64,000 nucleotides of DNA. It comes from Candidatus Omnitrophota bacterium (GTDB lineage Bacteria; Omnitrophota; Gorgyraeia; JACQQV01). Under the pieces are notes generated by a model. It was not told the DNA's origin and did not search any database. It worked only from the letters and a program-made list of their open reading frames with translations. The stretch is from contig JACQQV010000046.1 of assembly GCA_016206785.1 (NCBI GenBank), forward strand, positions 19,512 through 83,511, read 5' to 3'. Shown piece by piece: positions 8,730 to 18,771 of this stretch (position 1 is its first letter; each line of letters begins with the position of its first letter). Both the position numbers and the translations under genes were made by a program.

Positions 8730-11552
8730 TTAGGCACCATGACACTTTTTATATTTTTTACCACTTCCGCAGGGACAAGGATCGTTCCTCCCCACCTTGG
8801 GTCCCTCTCGGTGGTAAGGCTCTAGACTTTCGGGAGTCGCTGCTCGGGCAGAGGCAAAAGGATCCGAAAGTGGCGGCGGAGTTCCCTCCCCTTTCGCAGA
8901 GATCCCCTCGAATCGTGTCGCCTCCGCATGAATGAACTCCTGGGGAACGGTCTCAAAGACGCTTAATACTTTCTCGAGACCGACCGCCCTGAACTTCAAG
9001 ATGTACTCGAGGGCATCTTCTTTGATCCGCCGGATCATCCCATGAAACATTTCGTAGGCTTCATGCTGATACTCCACAAGAGGATCCTGTTGACCATAAG
9101 CCCGCAGCCCAATTCCTTCCCTGAGACCATCCATCTGATAGAGATGGTCTTTCCATTTGGAATCGACCACTTGAAGAAGGATCATCCGCTCATGAGGGCG
9201 CATGAGTTCTTCTCCCAATTCTTTTTCCTTTGTCTCGTAAGCCAGTTTAAACTGCTCTAAAATTTTCTGTTTCGCCTCTCCTCGCTCTTTCTCCTCCAAT
9301 GCCTTTGAAAAAAGGCCGAGCCCCCATTTGGTACGGGCCCATTCCGCGAGTCCCTCGAGATCCCACTCTTCCGGCCGCTGCGCCTCGTTTAGGAAAATGT
9401 CCACCTGTTCCTCGATCACTTCCTCCGCCATTTCGAAGAGGTGAACTTTCAGCGTTTCTCCTTCAATAATCGCCCGTCGCTCTTCATAAATCACCTCCCG
9501 CTGCCGATTCATGACATTGTCAAATGAAAGAAGTTGCTTACGAATCTCGAAATGGTGGCCCTCTACCCGTTTCTGCGCAATCTCGATCGATTTGGAAACC
9601 ATCGCATGTTCAATGGGAGTATTCTCTTCCCATTTGAAGAAATCCATAAACTTTGCGATCCGGTCCGAGGCGAAGATCCGCATGAGGTCATCTTCCAGAG
9701 AAAGATAGAATCGTGAGGAACCGGGATCCCCCTGGCGACCTGAACGGCCTCGAAGTTGGTTGTCGATCCGGCGCGCTTCGTGACGCTCCGTTCCTAAAAT
9801 ATGAAGCCCTCCAAGGCCAACGACCTCCCGATGTTCTATCTCCACCTCACCCTTCTTCTGGATAAGGAGGGAAGACTTCCCCTCTTCACTTAATTTTTCC
9901 TCCTCTTTTTCCCGCTGTTGAATGAGATCCCGAGTCAGAAACTGAGCATTTCCACCGAGGAGAATATCTGTTCCCCGACCGGCCATGTTGGTCGCGATGG
10001 TGACCGCATGCTTCCGACCCGCTTGGGCCACAATCCGGGCTTCCATCTCGTGATACTTTGCATTTAAGACCTGATGGGGAATTCCCCTTTTCTTGAGAAG
10101 ATCGCTTAAGACCTCCGATTTATCAATCGAAATGGTTCCCACAAGAACAGGTCGCCCTTTTTTGTAAAGATCGATGATCTCCTCGATCACCGCGCGGAAT
10201 TTTTCTTTTTCTGTCTTGTAAATAACATCGGGGTGATTGGTCCGGATGAGCGAACGGTTCGGCGGGATGACCACGACATCGAGTTTGTAAATATGTTCGA
10301 ATTCAACGGCCTCGGTGGCGGCCGTCCCGGTCATGCCGGCAAGTTTTTCGTACATCCTGAAATAATTTTGGAAGGTGACCGTCGCGAGGGTCTGGTTTTC
10401 TCGTTCGATCTTTACCCCTTCTTTCGCTTCAATCGCTTGATGAAGTCCGTCTGACCACCGCCGTCCCGGCATGAGTCTGCCGGTAAACTCATCCACAATC
10501 AGGACCTCATTGTCCTTGACAACGTAATCCACGTCCCGTTTAAAGAGGGTGTGTGCCCGAAGGGCCTGATTCACATGGTGGACGAGGTCGATATGGGCAT
10601 CCTCATACAGGTTCTCTACCCCCAGAAGTCCTTCAATCTTGTGTACCCCTTCTTCCGTGAGATGCGACGTTTCATGTTCTTCATCGACCTGATACTCCGT
10701 CCCCTTATGGAGTGACGGGATGAGCCGGTCGATCTTGTAATATTTCTCCGTAGATTCCTCTGCCGGCCCTGAAATGATAAGAGGCGTTCTCGCCTCATCG
10801 ATGAGGATAGAATCGACTTCATCGACAATCGCATAATGCAAAATACGCTGGACCCTTTCCGATTTGTCATGGACCATGTTGTCCCTTAAATAATCAAATC
10901 CAAACTCGTTGTTGGTCCCATACGTCACATCACACCCATAGGAGGTCTGCCGCTCTTGGGACGACATGTCATGTTGAATCACCCCGACGGTGAGTCCCAA
11001 AAATTCATAGATCGGGCCCATCCATTCCCTATCTCGCCGTGCCAAGTAATCGTTGACCGTAATCACATGGACCCCTTTTCCCAAAAGGGCGTTCAGATAC
11101 ACCGGAAGTGTCGCTACAAGTGTCTTCCCTTCTCCCGTCGCCATCTCGGCGATCTTTCCTTGATGAAGCACGATCCCCCCGATGAGCTGGACATCAAAGT
11201 GACGCATCTGAATCGTCCGCTTCCCCGCCTCCCGGACTACCGCAAAAGCCTCGGGAAGGATCTCCTCAAAGATTTCGTTCCTCTTCCTTTTAATTTTCTG
11301 CTTGATCCTCACCCTTTCCTCCGGGGAACTGCTTAAGACAAACGCCCCGTTGAGCTCGTCGATGTCCGGTGCGATATCCTTCTCTTTCTGCTGCAGGATC
11401 GTTTTAAACATTTCTGTCTTAACGCGCAACTCGGTATCGGAAAGAGAAGCGACCTCTTTTTCAAGGGCGTTGATTCTTTGAATGATGGGAGCGACTCTTC
11501 TCAGTTCCCGCTCGTTCTGCGTTCCAATAAACTTTAGTAACTGGTTAAGCAA
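8730..11552 (-). CDS. secA: Preprotein translocase ATPase SecA
   Basis: [55 protein letters not shown]; C-terminal [18 protein letters not shown]. Confidence 0.98.
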   Translation of the reverse strand: MLNQLLKFIGTQNERELRRVAPIIQRINALEKEVASLSDTELRVKTEMFKTILQQKEKDIAPDIDELNGAFVLSSSPEERVRIKQKIKRKRNEIFEEILPEAFAVVREAGKRTIQMRHFDVQLIGGIVLHQGKIAEMATGEGKTLVATLPVYLNALLGKGVHVITVNDYLARRDREWMGPIYEFLGLTVGVIQHDMSSQERQTSYGCDVTYGTNNEFGFDYLRDNMVHDKSERVQRILHYAIVDEVDSILIDEARTPLIISGPAEESTEKYYKIDRLIPSLHKGTEYQVDEEHETSHLTEEGVHKIEGLLGVENLYEDAHIDLVHHVNQALRAHTLFKRDVDYVVKDNEVLIVDEFTGRLMPGRRWSDGLHQAIEAKEGVKIERENQTLATVTFQNYFRMYEKLAGMTGTAATEAVEFEHIYKLDVVVIPPNRSLIRTNHPDVIYKTEKEKFRAVIEEIIDLYKKGRPVLVGTISIDKSEVLSDLLKKRGIPHQVLNAKYHEMEARIVAQAGRKHAVTIATNMAGRGTDILLGGNAQFLTRDLIQQREKEEEKLSEEGKSSLLIQKKGEVEIEHREVVGLGGLHILGTERHEARRIDNQLRGRSGRQGDPGSSRFYLSLEDDLMRIFASDRIAKFMDFFKWEENTPIEHAMVSKSIEIAQKRVEGHHFEIRKQLLSFDNVMNRQREVIYEERRAIIEGETLKVHLFEMAEEVIEEQVDIFLNEAQRPEEWDLEGLAEWARTKWGLGLFSKALEEKERGEAKQKILEQFKLAYETKEKELGEELMRPHERMILLQVVDSKWKDHLYQMDGLREGIGLRAYGQQDPLVEYQHEAYEMFHGMIRRIKEDALEYILKFRAVGLEKVLSVFETVPQEFIHAEATRFEGISAKGEGTPPPLSDPFASARAATPESLEPYHREGPKVGRNDPCPCGSGKKYKKCHGA

Positions 11553-11565
11553 GTTGTCCTCAGCT

Positions 11566-11624
11566 GCGTATCTCGTGAAGCGTATCTCGTATTTCGCTTC
11601 ACGAACGACGCTTCACGCTTCACG
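11566..11624. repeat. Heptamer-repeat hairpin, family B (CGTATCT/CGTGAAG ... CTTCACG)
   Basis: GCGTATCTCGTGAAGCGTATCTCGTATTTCGCTTCACGAACGACGCTTCACGCTTCACG, just upstream of secA. Confidence 0.75.
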
Positions 11625-11635
11625 TCCTTTGCGTT

Positions 11636-12412
11636 TCACTCGAGATTCCCTTCCTCTCGGTTGATGTAGTCTTCAAACCGCATCTTCCCCTCGATCTCCT
11701 CGTGGACGACCCGAACACGGTCTGACACAAACGGATGGGTCCTTAAGTAAGTTCCCGGGGCGAGTTTATCCCGATGGATCTCTTTAAGTTTCTTAAGAAA
11801 ACGGGACATGCCATACGGATCGTAACCGGCGCGCCGCATCGTCTTGACCGCCAAACGGTCCGCCTGCAGTTCATCCCCTCGTGAATAGGCGAGGAAAATC
11901 TGCGTGAAGGCGATTTGGGCCCCCCGGATCGCCTGACGGTTTGTTCCTGTTCCCACGGCGAGCGCCTGGAGAAGGCCATATCCCATGGAAGCCTGAAGCC
12001 GTTTCATCGCATGGCGTGCCGCAATGTGACCGATTTCATGAGCGAGTACACCCGCCAACTCATCGTCGCTTTTGATCTTCTCAAGAAGACCCCGATTCAC
12101 GTAGACGTAGCCGCCGGGAAGAGAGATGGCATTCACCTCTTTAAGATCGAGGACTTTGAAATAATAGAGGAGTTCTTTACGGTCGCCGTGCGCGGCCAAT
12201 TTCTGTCCGATGGTGTTGACACGGTCTTGAGCGGTTTGATCCTCCAGCACTTTGAGGCGCTTCTCCAGTTGCCTCGAAATCTTTCGACCCATTTCCACCT
12301 CTTTGTCGGTCGAGTAAAGGACCCACTCTTCACGTTGGGTGGCGAGATTATAGTAAGAAGTGCTACACCCGGCCTGAAGCAAAAGGGCAACACACACAAC
12401 AAAAATGATCAC
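11636..12412 (-). CDS. M48-family zinc metallopeptidase lipoprotein
   Basis: Lipobox-like QAGC, VNAISLPGGYVYV, HEIGH, YSRGDELQAD, THP. Confidence 0.9.
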   Translation of the reverse strand: MIIFVVCVALLLQAGCSTSYYNLATQREEWVLYSTDKEVEMGRKISRQLEKRLKVLEDQTAQDRVNTIGQKLAAHGDRKELLYYFKVLDLKEVNAISLPGGYVYVNRGLLEKIKSDDELAGVLAHEIGHIAARHAMKRLQASMGYGLLQALAVGTGTNRQAIRGAQIAFTQIFLAYSRGDELQADRLAVKTMRRAGYDPYGMSRFLKKLKEIHRDKLAPGTYLRTHPFVSDRVRVVHEEIEGKMRFEDYINREEGNLE

Positions 12413-12555
12413 GGTGCTTCTTCCGAAGGGATGACGGGCCTTGGTTCATACTCTTTGAGGAAGGCGCCACAACCGCTGAGAATGAAGGACACAACAAGCA
12501 ACAAGTAACAAGCAACAAGATTGGCCTTTCGTCGCTTGTCTCTTGTCTCTTTCAT
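12409..12555 (-). CDS. Small predicted lipoprotein, 48 aa (below ORF-track cutoff)
   Basis: Translated by hand: MKETRDKRRKANLVACYLLLVVSFILSGCGAFLKEYEPRPVIPSEEAP*. Basic n-region, hydrophobic h-region, LSGC lipobox. Starts 4 nt after the upstream stop; its TGA overlaps the next GTG (GTGA). Confidence 0.65.
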   Translation of the reverse strand: MKETRDKRRKANLVACYLLLVVSFILSGCGAFLKEYEPRPVIPSEEAP

Positions 12556-12559
12556 ACTC

Positions 12560-13048
12560 TTAGTCCGTAATCAGGTTATAGGCCTCTCGGGCACATTCCA
12601 GAGGATCGGTCAGGATCTGCTCCCGGGTGAAGCGCAAGACATGGTAGCCATCCTCCTTGAGCGCCTTATCCTTCACTTCATCCATCATCTTCTCTTCGTC
12701 GCCCTTTTGAGAGGCGGGCGCATCATCGCACTCGATGACAATACGGACATCTTCTTTCTTGGTCTTGTAAATCACAAGGAAATCGACTTCAAACTCCCCG
12801 ATCTTCACGGCATGACCGATCGCGAGGCGGAGCATCACCTTCTCCACCACCTGGCCTTCTTTCGTCGTCTTGTAGATGAAATAGTCATTCATCAGGTCCC
12901 AGTAAAGGTGACAGAGCGCAATATACATGAATTGCTCCGTCGGATTCTGGATATCCCATTCATCCAAAAGGGCATATATTTTTGTTTCAAACGAGATCGC
13001 TTGACGTTTGCTGACCGCCTCCAAAAAGTATTTCACATTGGCAAGCAT
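12560..13048 (-). CDS. DUF559/Vsr-like endonuclease-fold protein, divergent
   Basis: C-terminal EVDFLV...IVIECD...KDKALKEDGYHVLRFTREQI pattern typical of DUF559-like proteins. Confidence 0.6.
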   Translation of the reverse strand: MLANVKYFLEAVSKRQAISFETKIYALLDEWDIQNPTEQFMYIALCHLYWDLMNDYFIYKTTKEGQVVEKVMLRLAIGHAVKIGEFEVDFLVIYKTKKEDVRIVIECDDAPASQKGDEEKMMDEVKDKALKEDGYHVLRFTREQILTDPLECAREAYNLITD

Positions 13049-13054
13049 CGTTTT

Positions 13055-13651
13055 CTATTCTTTCCTTTCTTCCCAGAGGCCCCTCTTCTCTTTTTGCGCC
13101 TTCAGGGCAAGGGTCTTAAACCGATCCGCATAGCGGACATTCGGCGGAACCAATAAGGGTCGCGCAAGACCTTTTTGAAGGAGAAGCGCATTTACGAAAA
13201 TCTCGTGGCTCTCCAGCATCACCTCTCCATCATAAGAAGCATTTCCGAGAAACGCGATCGGGACATACACATAGGCGAGGAGCCTCCCATAGGGATCCCG
13301 CCTCTCCCGGTCAAATTCAAGACGGACCTTCTTGCCTTCCACGAGGGCCTGATTTTCCTGAGTGGCTTCCGTCGCATACGGCTCAGGGTCATAGAACCAC
13401 GCCTCCCCCACGCGCTTACGCTCCTCTGGGGCATCGATACCAATGTAACGAACCTTCTCCCCATTTTCAAGTTCAATCGTATCCCCATCGACCACGTGGC
13501 GGACCCGAAAAGAATTCTTTTCCCCCAGAGGAATGGAGACTTTGACCCCCGCCCCCTCCCCTGTTCCATAATACAGTTTTCCACCCGCATGGCTTAGGGG
13601 CGTTGAAATAAGGAATAGGATAAGAAAGAGGGCGTCATAGTTTCCCTTCAT
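13055..13651 (-). CDS. Secreted thermonuclease (SNase family)
   Basis: Start at ATG 13651 (ATGA overlap with the prfB stop). Signal peptide, VVDGDTI, VRYIGIDAPE, DPYGRLLAYVY, AQKEKRGLW. Confidence 0.9.
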   Translation of the reverse strand: MKGNYDALFLILFLISTPLSHAGGKLYYGTGEGAGVKVSIPLGEKNSFRVRHVVDGDTIELENGEKVRYIGIDAPEERKRVGEAWFYDPEPYATEATQENQALVEGKKVRLEFDRERRDPYGRLLAYVYVPIAFLGNASYDGEVMLESHEIFVNALLLQKGLARPLLVPPNVRYADRFKTLALKAQKEKRGLWEERKE

Positions 13652-14758
13652 GAACGTTTCTCCGACCGAGCCTGCCATTCGAGAAATGCCTGGAGAAAAA
13701 GATCGATGTTTCCGTCCATGACGGAGGTTGCGTTGGAGGTTTCTGTTTCTGTCCGATGATCCTTGACCAAAGAATAGGGATGGAAAACGTAGGAGCGGAT
13801 CTGGCTTCCCCAGGCGATCTCCCGTTTTTCCCCGTAGGCTTTCTGCAGTGCCTCCTGCCTCTCCCGTTGACCGCGTTCGTAGAGGCGTGCCCGGAGCACC
13901 TTCATCGCTGTCACCTTGTTCTTATGTTGAGACCGTTCATTCTGACATTGCACGACGACCCCTGTAGGAAGGTGGGTCATCCGGACGGCGGAATCGGTCA
14001 CATTCACATGCTGACCTCCTTTGCCACTGGAGCGGTAGGTATCAATCCGGAGGTCTGATTCTTTAATATCGATCTGGATATCATCTGAAACTTGCGGAAT
14101 GACATCTACGGAAGCGAAGGAGGTGTGACGACGTTTGTTGGCATCAAAAGGAGAAATACGGACAAGGCGGTGGACTCCCACTTCCGCCTTTAAAAAGCCA
14201 TAGGAAAATTCGCCCTTGATAAGAATCGTAACGTTTTTAAGACCCGCTTCTTCGCCAGGGAGAAAATCGAGCGTCTCGACCTTATACCTCTTCCCTTCCG
14301 CCCACCGTTCGTACATCCTGAGAAGCATTGCTGTCCAATCGCACGATTCAGTCCCACCCGCACCCGCATTGATGCTCAAGATGGCGTCTCGGAAATCGTC
14401 CTTTCCTCCAAGAAGTCTTCTTGTCTCGAGGACGCGAATTCTCTCTTCAAGAAGTTGCAACTCTTTTTCACATTCTTGAAGATCTGAAACATTTTCCTCA
14501 CTGGCCACCGCCAAAAGGTCGCGAAGGTCCTTCGCCCCCTTCTGGCATTCCAGCCACGGTTCGATCCCCCCTTTCAGTTTCTTGAGTGCCTGGATGGTTT
14601 CGTTGGCTTTCTTGGCGTCGTTCCAGAAAAGGGAACTTGCCATGTCCGTCTCAAGAGAAGCGATTTTCTTTAGGGCCGTCTCGACGTCAAAGATACCCTC
14701 GCACTTTCTCAAGGGTTTCTGTGAGGACTGCGAGTCTCGCCTTGATATCCACAAGCAT
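13648..14758 (-). CDS. prfB: Peptide chain release factor 2, with programmed +1 frameshift
   Basis: SPF and GGQ motifs. True start ATG 14758 gives MLVDIKARLAVLTETLEKVRGYL, then CTT TGA C (14692-14686) preceded by internal SD GAGGG; the +1 frame continues DVETALKK. Confidence 0.95.
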
Positions 14759-14784
14759 CTGTTTAACCTCTTTTAAACATTTCT

Positions 14785-14813
14785 ATTCTACTTCAGACGC
14801 CCCCTCCAGGCAA
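14785..14813 (-). promoter_or_regulatory. Putative sigma70 promoter for prfB
   Basis: Minus strand TTGCCT-17 bp-TAGAAT. Confidence 0.55.
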
Positions 14814-14851
14814 ATAAAAAGACCTTCTCAGGGAGAGAAGGTCTTTTTATT
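14813..14851 (-). terminator. Rho-independent terminator
   Basis: AATAAAAAGACCTTCTC-AGGGA-GAGAAGGTCTTTTTATT inverted repeat with T tracts, just after the 133-aa gene. Confidence 0.8.
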
Positions 14852-14862
14852 GAAAAGGAAAA

Positions 14863-15264
14863 TTACTTAACGTTTTGTGCTGAGGAGGCGGTTTGGAAAG
14901 GAGAACTGTCCGTATGTCTACGGCGAGGAGCGTTGAACCATGTCTTTTCCCAAGCCACACACCGTTTCTTGAAATTGGCCTGTCTTGAGGCGGTGGTAGA
15001 GGTATCCGTATGTCTACGGCGAGGAGCGTTTAACCAGGTATCTTCCCACCTCGAGGTCCGTTCTTGGAATTCGGCCTGCCTTTGTGCGGTCGTGGAACTA
15101 TCCGTGTGTCTGCGGTGAGGAGGATTGAGCCATGTCTTTTCCCACCTCAAGGCCCGTTGTCTACGAGACGACGACTTCTCCTCTGCCTGCGCCAGATTCA
15201 GAGAACCGATCACCACTTCCAAAAGAAGTACGATGCAGAGCGTTTTAAAAAGTCCCTTTTTCAT
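14863..15264 (-). CDS. Small secreted protein with three 32-aa Trp/Arg-rich repeats
   Basis: Signal peptide (..NLAQA), then WE(K/D)TW(L/F)N(A/P)P(R/H)RRHTD x3 at a 96-nt period. AGGAGG RBS, own promoter, downstream terminator. Confidence 0.85.
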   Translation of the reverse strand: MKKGLFKTLCIVLLLEVVIGSLNLAQAEEKSSSRRQRALRWEKTWLNPPHRRHTDSSTTAQRQAEFQERTSRWEDTWLNAPRRRHTDTSTTASRQANFKKRCVAWEKTWFNAPRRRHTDSSPFQTASSAQNVK

Positions 15265-15294
15265 CTTGCCCTCCTTCTAAGTCGAATTTGAAAG

Positions 15295-15323
15295 ATTATA
15301 CCATAAAAAGAGTTAAAAGTAAA
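15295..15323 (-). promoter_or_regulatory. Putative sigma70 promoter of the repeat-protein gene
   Basis: Minus strand TTTACT-17 bp-TATAAT with extended -10 TG. Confidence 0.6.
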
Positions 15324-16308
15324 GTCGCTTATAAGAGCGCTCCTCCCAAAAACGTTTTTGGGTCTCGGAGAATGAATCACTTTCCAGATCCACCCCTCCC
15401 AAATCGCACAAGAGGCATTTAACCGACCCGCCCCCTTTACTGGAAAATTCCGACACATCCACGACTACAGGCTTCACCCCTTTGGATGCAATGCGCTGTA
15501 GCAGGCCTTTAGAAACAGCTGCAGGTAAGAAAAAATAAGGAGTTGCCTTAAGGAGGACCTGAAAACCGTTTGCGGCAAACGATCGTGCATCCTCTTCTCC
15601 AAGGGGAATGAGCCGATTTTTAAAAAGGGCGAGGAGTTCTTTTTGAGAAGAACGCTCAAGGGCTGGAAGATAGGCCAAAAGGTGCTCTTTCTGAGGACCC
15701 AACGGAGAAAGGGCCGTATCCCCATGATAAAACGCTTCGTCCACGAGTGCGAGAGACAAAATAGAGTGATTTTCCACAATCCTCTTCAAGAACTCAAGAT
15801 TCCGGACATCGCTTCGAAATCCATAAAGACGCCTGTAGGGAGGAAACCCAAACCGCGGGACAAACCGTTGTTTCACAATTTTGCCGGATGTGAAAAGAAA
15901 CGCAGAAGATGTCTCGATAAAGTCGGCCTCTCCTTCAAAAGGAAAAGGAATTTCTCCGATTCTAAAACCGAGTCGGCTCAAGAACGCTTCGTAGAGAGGC
16001 CGCTCCCCTTTTCTTCCAGGGGTGAGGTTACTTAAGTAAAAGCGCCCCCTGAGCCCTGTGTTTTTCGGATAAAGAAATCCGGCATTTGCGGGAAAAACAG
16101 AACCGGGGTTTTCTATGGAAGGAGGAAGGACAACGACGTGGACGCCGAGATCGGTCAAGGTCTTCGCAAAGGTGTGCCACTGTTCTTTGGCCCTCTTCAG
16201 ATCGACCTTTTTGCGAAGGCCCCAGATATTCCGTGTGTGGGGATTGCTTCCCGAACGGATATGAAAATGTTCAGGATCCCCCATGAGAACGGCAGGCACA
16301 AGGGCCAT
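15313..16308 (-). CDS. Amidinotransferase/dimethylargininase (pentein) family guanidino-modifying enzyme
   Basis: AKEQW, VFPANAG, FEGEAD, FYHGDT, C-terminal SEFSSKGGGSVKC with catalytic Cys. Confidence 0.85.
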   Translation of the reverse strand: MALVPAVLMGDPEHFHIRSGSNPHTRNIWGLRKKVDLKRAKEQWHTFAKTLTDLGVHVVVLPPSIENPGSVFPANAGFLYPKNTGLRGRFYLSNLTPGRKGERPLYEAFLSRLGFRIGEIPFPFEGEADFIETSSAFLFTSGKIVKQRFVPRFGFPPYRRLYGFRSDVRNLEFLKRIVENHSILSLALVDEAFYHGDTALSPLGPQKEHLLAYLPALERSSQKELLALFKNRLIPLGEEDARSFAANGFQVLLKATPYFFLPAAVSKGLLQRIASKGVKPVVVDVSEFSSKGGGSVKCLLCDLGGVDLESDSFSETQKRFWEERSYKRLYF

Positions 16309-16332
16309 CCCCCCTCCTCTTTCAAAGCCAAA

Positions 16333-16391
16333 GCGGGACTAAGTCCCAATGACGGTTAGACCTATCCCCGATGAAGGCGGGACTTAGTCCC
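16333..16391. repeat. REP-like doublet GGGACTAAGTCCC...GGGACTTAGTCCC, copy 1
   Basis: Two inverted 13-bp palindromes flanking ACGGTTAGAC; homologous copy at 48643-48715. Confidence 0.8.
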
Positions 16392-17853
16392 TCCTCCCGA
16401 ACGGTTTTTCAAGGACAGCGACAGGATAGGTACAGAGATGCGGCACAAAGGCACCGACCGGGTGATGGTTGCCGCTCCGTTTCACCCCCCCGAAAGGAAG
16501 ACGGGCGCTACTATAGATCGTCGCCTGATTCCAATTGAGAAGACCGACCTCCAACTCACGGAAGATCTTTTCGTATTCTTCTTTCCTCTTCGAGAAGAAA
16601 CTGGCGATAAGACCGTAGCGGGAGGCGTTGTGGATGCGAACCGCCTCCTCCAAAGCATCCACAATGTAGATCGCCACATTCGGTCCGAAAATCTCTTCCT
16701 CTGTATAGGGACCTCGAGGGGTCTCTCCTTTCTTCACCTCCCTTAAACAGACAGAAGGTTGAACATAATAGCCTCGTCTCTCTTTCTCAAGAGGGATTCC
16801 CTTTTGAAGTACCTCGAAATTTTCCTTGGGGGCCAAGGCGGTGTGATAGAGGTACTTCTCAACCGCATCTTGACTGACTAAAGGACCCATGAAATTCTTC
16901 TCATCGAGTCCGTATCCGACCGTGACACTCTTTGCCTTATCCATAAAAGACTTAAGAAACGGCTTTGCGATTTTCTTTTCAAGAATGATCCGGCTTGTGG
17001 CATTGCACCGCTGCCCTGAAATCGAAAAGGAACCGAGCAAACAGTTCTCGACGGCGTTTTGAAGGCCGGCATGCCGTGAAACGATCGCCGCATTCTTCCC
17101 CCCCATCTCCAAGGCTACAAGTTTATCCACCTGATGCACTGTCTCTTCCCGAATCTTCTGTCCGGTGGCATAGGAACCGGTAAAAATAATGCCATGAATT
17201 TTCTCGTGGGCTACAACGGTCTTCCCGACACGCCCATCCCCCTGAACTAGATTAAAGATTCCTCTCGGGAGGCCAGTCTCATGCCACAACTCGGCAAGCA
17301 ACTGTCCCACAAAAGGAGTGAATTCCGACGGTTTAAAGATAACGCTGTTTCCCAAAAGGATGGCGGGGAGGATTTGACTATTCGGAATATGTCCCGGGAA
17401 ATTGAAAGGACCAATAATCGCTAAGATCCCTCTCGGTTTGTATCGTAAAACGCCTCTGACTCCTCTTTTGAGGGGATACGATTTTCCTTCGGAAAGACGT
17501 CCTGCTTCTTTACTCGCTAAAGGAACCCGTTCGATCATCCGATCGACTTCCTGCAACGCATCCCGTATCGGCTTCCCCATTTCACGGGTGATGAGTTGCG
17601 CCAGTTCTTCGCGCCGCCGCCTCAAGGCTTTGTGAAATTGGAGAATGGCTCTCCGACGAACCGTAAACGGTTTTTCTCTCCAGACCGAAAACCCTGCTTG
17701 GGCCGCCGCGACCGCTCGCTCTACCTCCTCCTCTGAAAACGCAAATGTCCCGACCGGATGGTCCAGGTCTCCAGGGTCCTCACTGAGAAGCGTCTGGACA
17801 TTTCCTTGCGGCTTTTGAAAATGACCCCCAATATAATTTCCTTTAAAAATCAT
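16384..17853 (-). CDS. astD: Succinylglutamate-semialdehyde dehydrogenase-like aldehyde dehydrogenase
   Basis: GPFNFPGHIPN, FKPSE, FTGS, LEMGGKN, GQRCNA, EEIFGP, PFGGVKRSGNH; adjacent to astA. Confidence 0.8.
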   Translation of the reverse strand: MIFKGNYIGGHFQKPQGNVQTLLSEDPGDLDHPVGTFAFSEEEVERAVAAAQAGFSVWREKPFTVRRRAILQFHKALRRRREELAQLITREMGKPIRDALQEVDRMIERVPLASKEAGRLSEGKSYPLKRGVRGVLRYKPRGILAIIGPFNFPGHIPNSQILPAILLGNSVIFKPSEFTPFVGQLLAELWHETGLPRGIFNLVQGDGRVGKTVVAHEKIHGIIFTGSYATGQKIREETVHQVDKLVALEMGGKNAAIVSRHAGLQNAVENCLLGSFSISGQRCNATSRIILEKKIAKPFLKSFMDKAKSVTVGYGLDEKNFMGPLVSQDAVEKYLYHTALAPKENFEVLQKGIPLEKERRGYYVQPSVCLREVKKGETPRGPYTEEEIFGPNVAIYIVDALEEAVRIHNASRYGLIASFFSKRKEEYEKIFRELEVGLLNWNQATIYSSARLPFGGVKRSGNHHPVGAFVPHLCTYPVAVLEKPFGRRD

Positions 17854-17865
17854 CTTTTCCTCTCC

Positions 17866-18771
17866 TTACTCAAATGGGACCGCAATGATTTTTCTTCCCT
17901 CTTTCATTTTTAAAAAATCTTGAGCGACATAGGCCATTACTTTTCCTCTTCGGGGGACCTTCCCCTTTTGAAACCTAAATTTTTTTGCTTTTCGGATTAC
18001 AGAGATTTTCTTCCGTTCCACTTCGTAATAGGGACCTCCATCAAAAGGCTCTATCCTTCCATTGGGATGGAAACCGATTGCTTGAAGCATCCGACAGGCG
18101 GGAATAGCTTCTTTCCCCACTTTTCCAAGAAGCGCACGCACCTTTTTCGGGAAATGGGAAAGATAGACTTTACCTTTTGGAAAAAGATCGAAAATAAATT
18201 TCTTCGTGTAGACGCTCAACCGATCTCCCTCGCGGTAGGAAAGCCCTGTGAAGCGCCTCCCGAAGGCATCCCAAAAAAGACTTCCCTTCCTTTTCTGAAG
18301 AGGCGGGAGAAACTCTGCAAGGACTTGGCGTTCAAATCGTTCAGGATGAAGCGCCATATAAAGGAAGCGGGCCCAGGAAAGTTGCTTCCCGAATTTCTCC
18401 TTTCTTCGCCGATAGGCCTTCTTGAGCACAAGGCCCCCGATTTCAGTAGGACCCTGTTTCGTCGCACCGAATTTGAGATACCCCCCTTTTCGATCCCTCC
18501 CCTTTTCCAAATAGATATGCGGTGAAGAAGGGGTCCCTTGTCTTGCGATAATTAAAGAGGAGCCGAAAATCTTCTTCGAAATTTCTTCTTCGATCACGAA
18601 AAGGTATTTTGCTTTTGTTCTGGGAAGTTTTCCCTGAAAGGAGAGAACGGATGTCCGGATCAGGTTCCGGATGACCTTCGGGTCATCCGGCAGGTTGTAG
18701 GAATCAAGTTCCTTGGCCAATGAAAGAACAGCGGGAAAATCTTTTTTTTCAACGCTCCTTAGAAAAACCAT
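17866..18771 (-). CDS. astA: Arginine N-succinyltransferase
   Basis: NLP, YLFVIEE, TEIGGLVL, GKQLS..RFLYM, VLAE, FWDAFGRRFTG, IEPFDGGP, as in the AstA family. Confidence 0.85.
   Translation of the reverse strand: MVFLRSVEKKDFPAVLSLAKELDSYNLPDDPKVIRNLIRTSVLSFQGKLPRTKAKYLFVIEEEISKKIFGSSLIIARQGTPSSPHIYLEKGRDRKGGYLKFGATKQGPTEIGGLVLKKAYRRRKEKFGKQLSWARFLYMALHPERFERQVLAEFLPPLQKRKGSLFWDAFGRRFTGLSYREGDRLSVYTKKFIFDLFPKGKVYLSHFPKKVRALLGKVGKEAIPACRMLQAIGFHPNGRIEPFDGGPYYEVERKKISVIRKAKKFRFQKGKVPRRGKVMAYVAQDFLKMKEGRKIIAVPFE

Noticed and set aside
14863-15264. 96-nt repeats as a CRISPR array
   Set aside because: The period is a multiple of 3 and the repeats lie inside an ORF with signal peptide and RBS, so this is a protein repeat.
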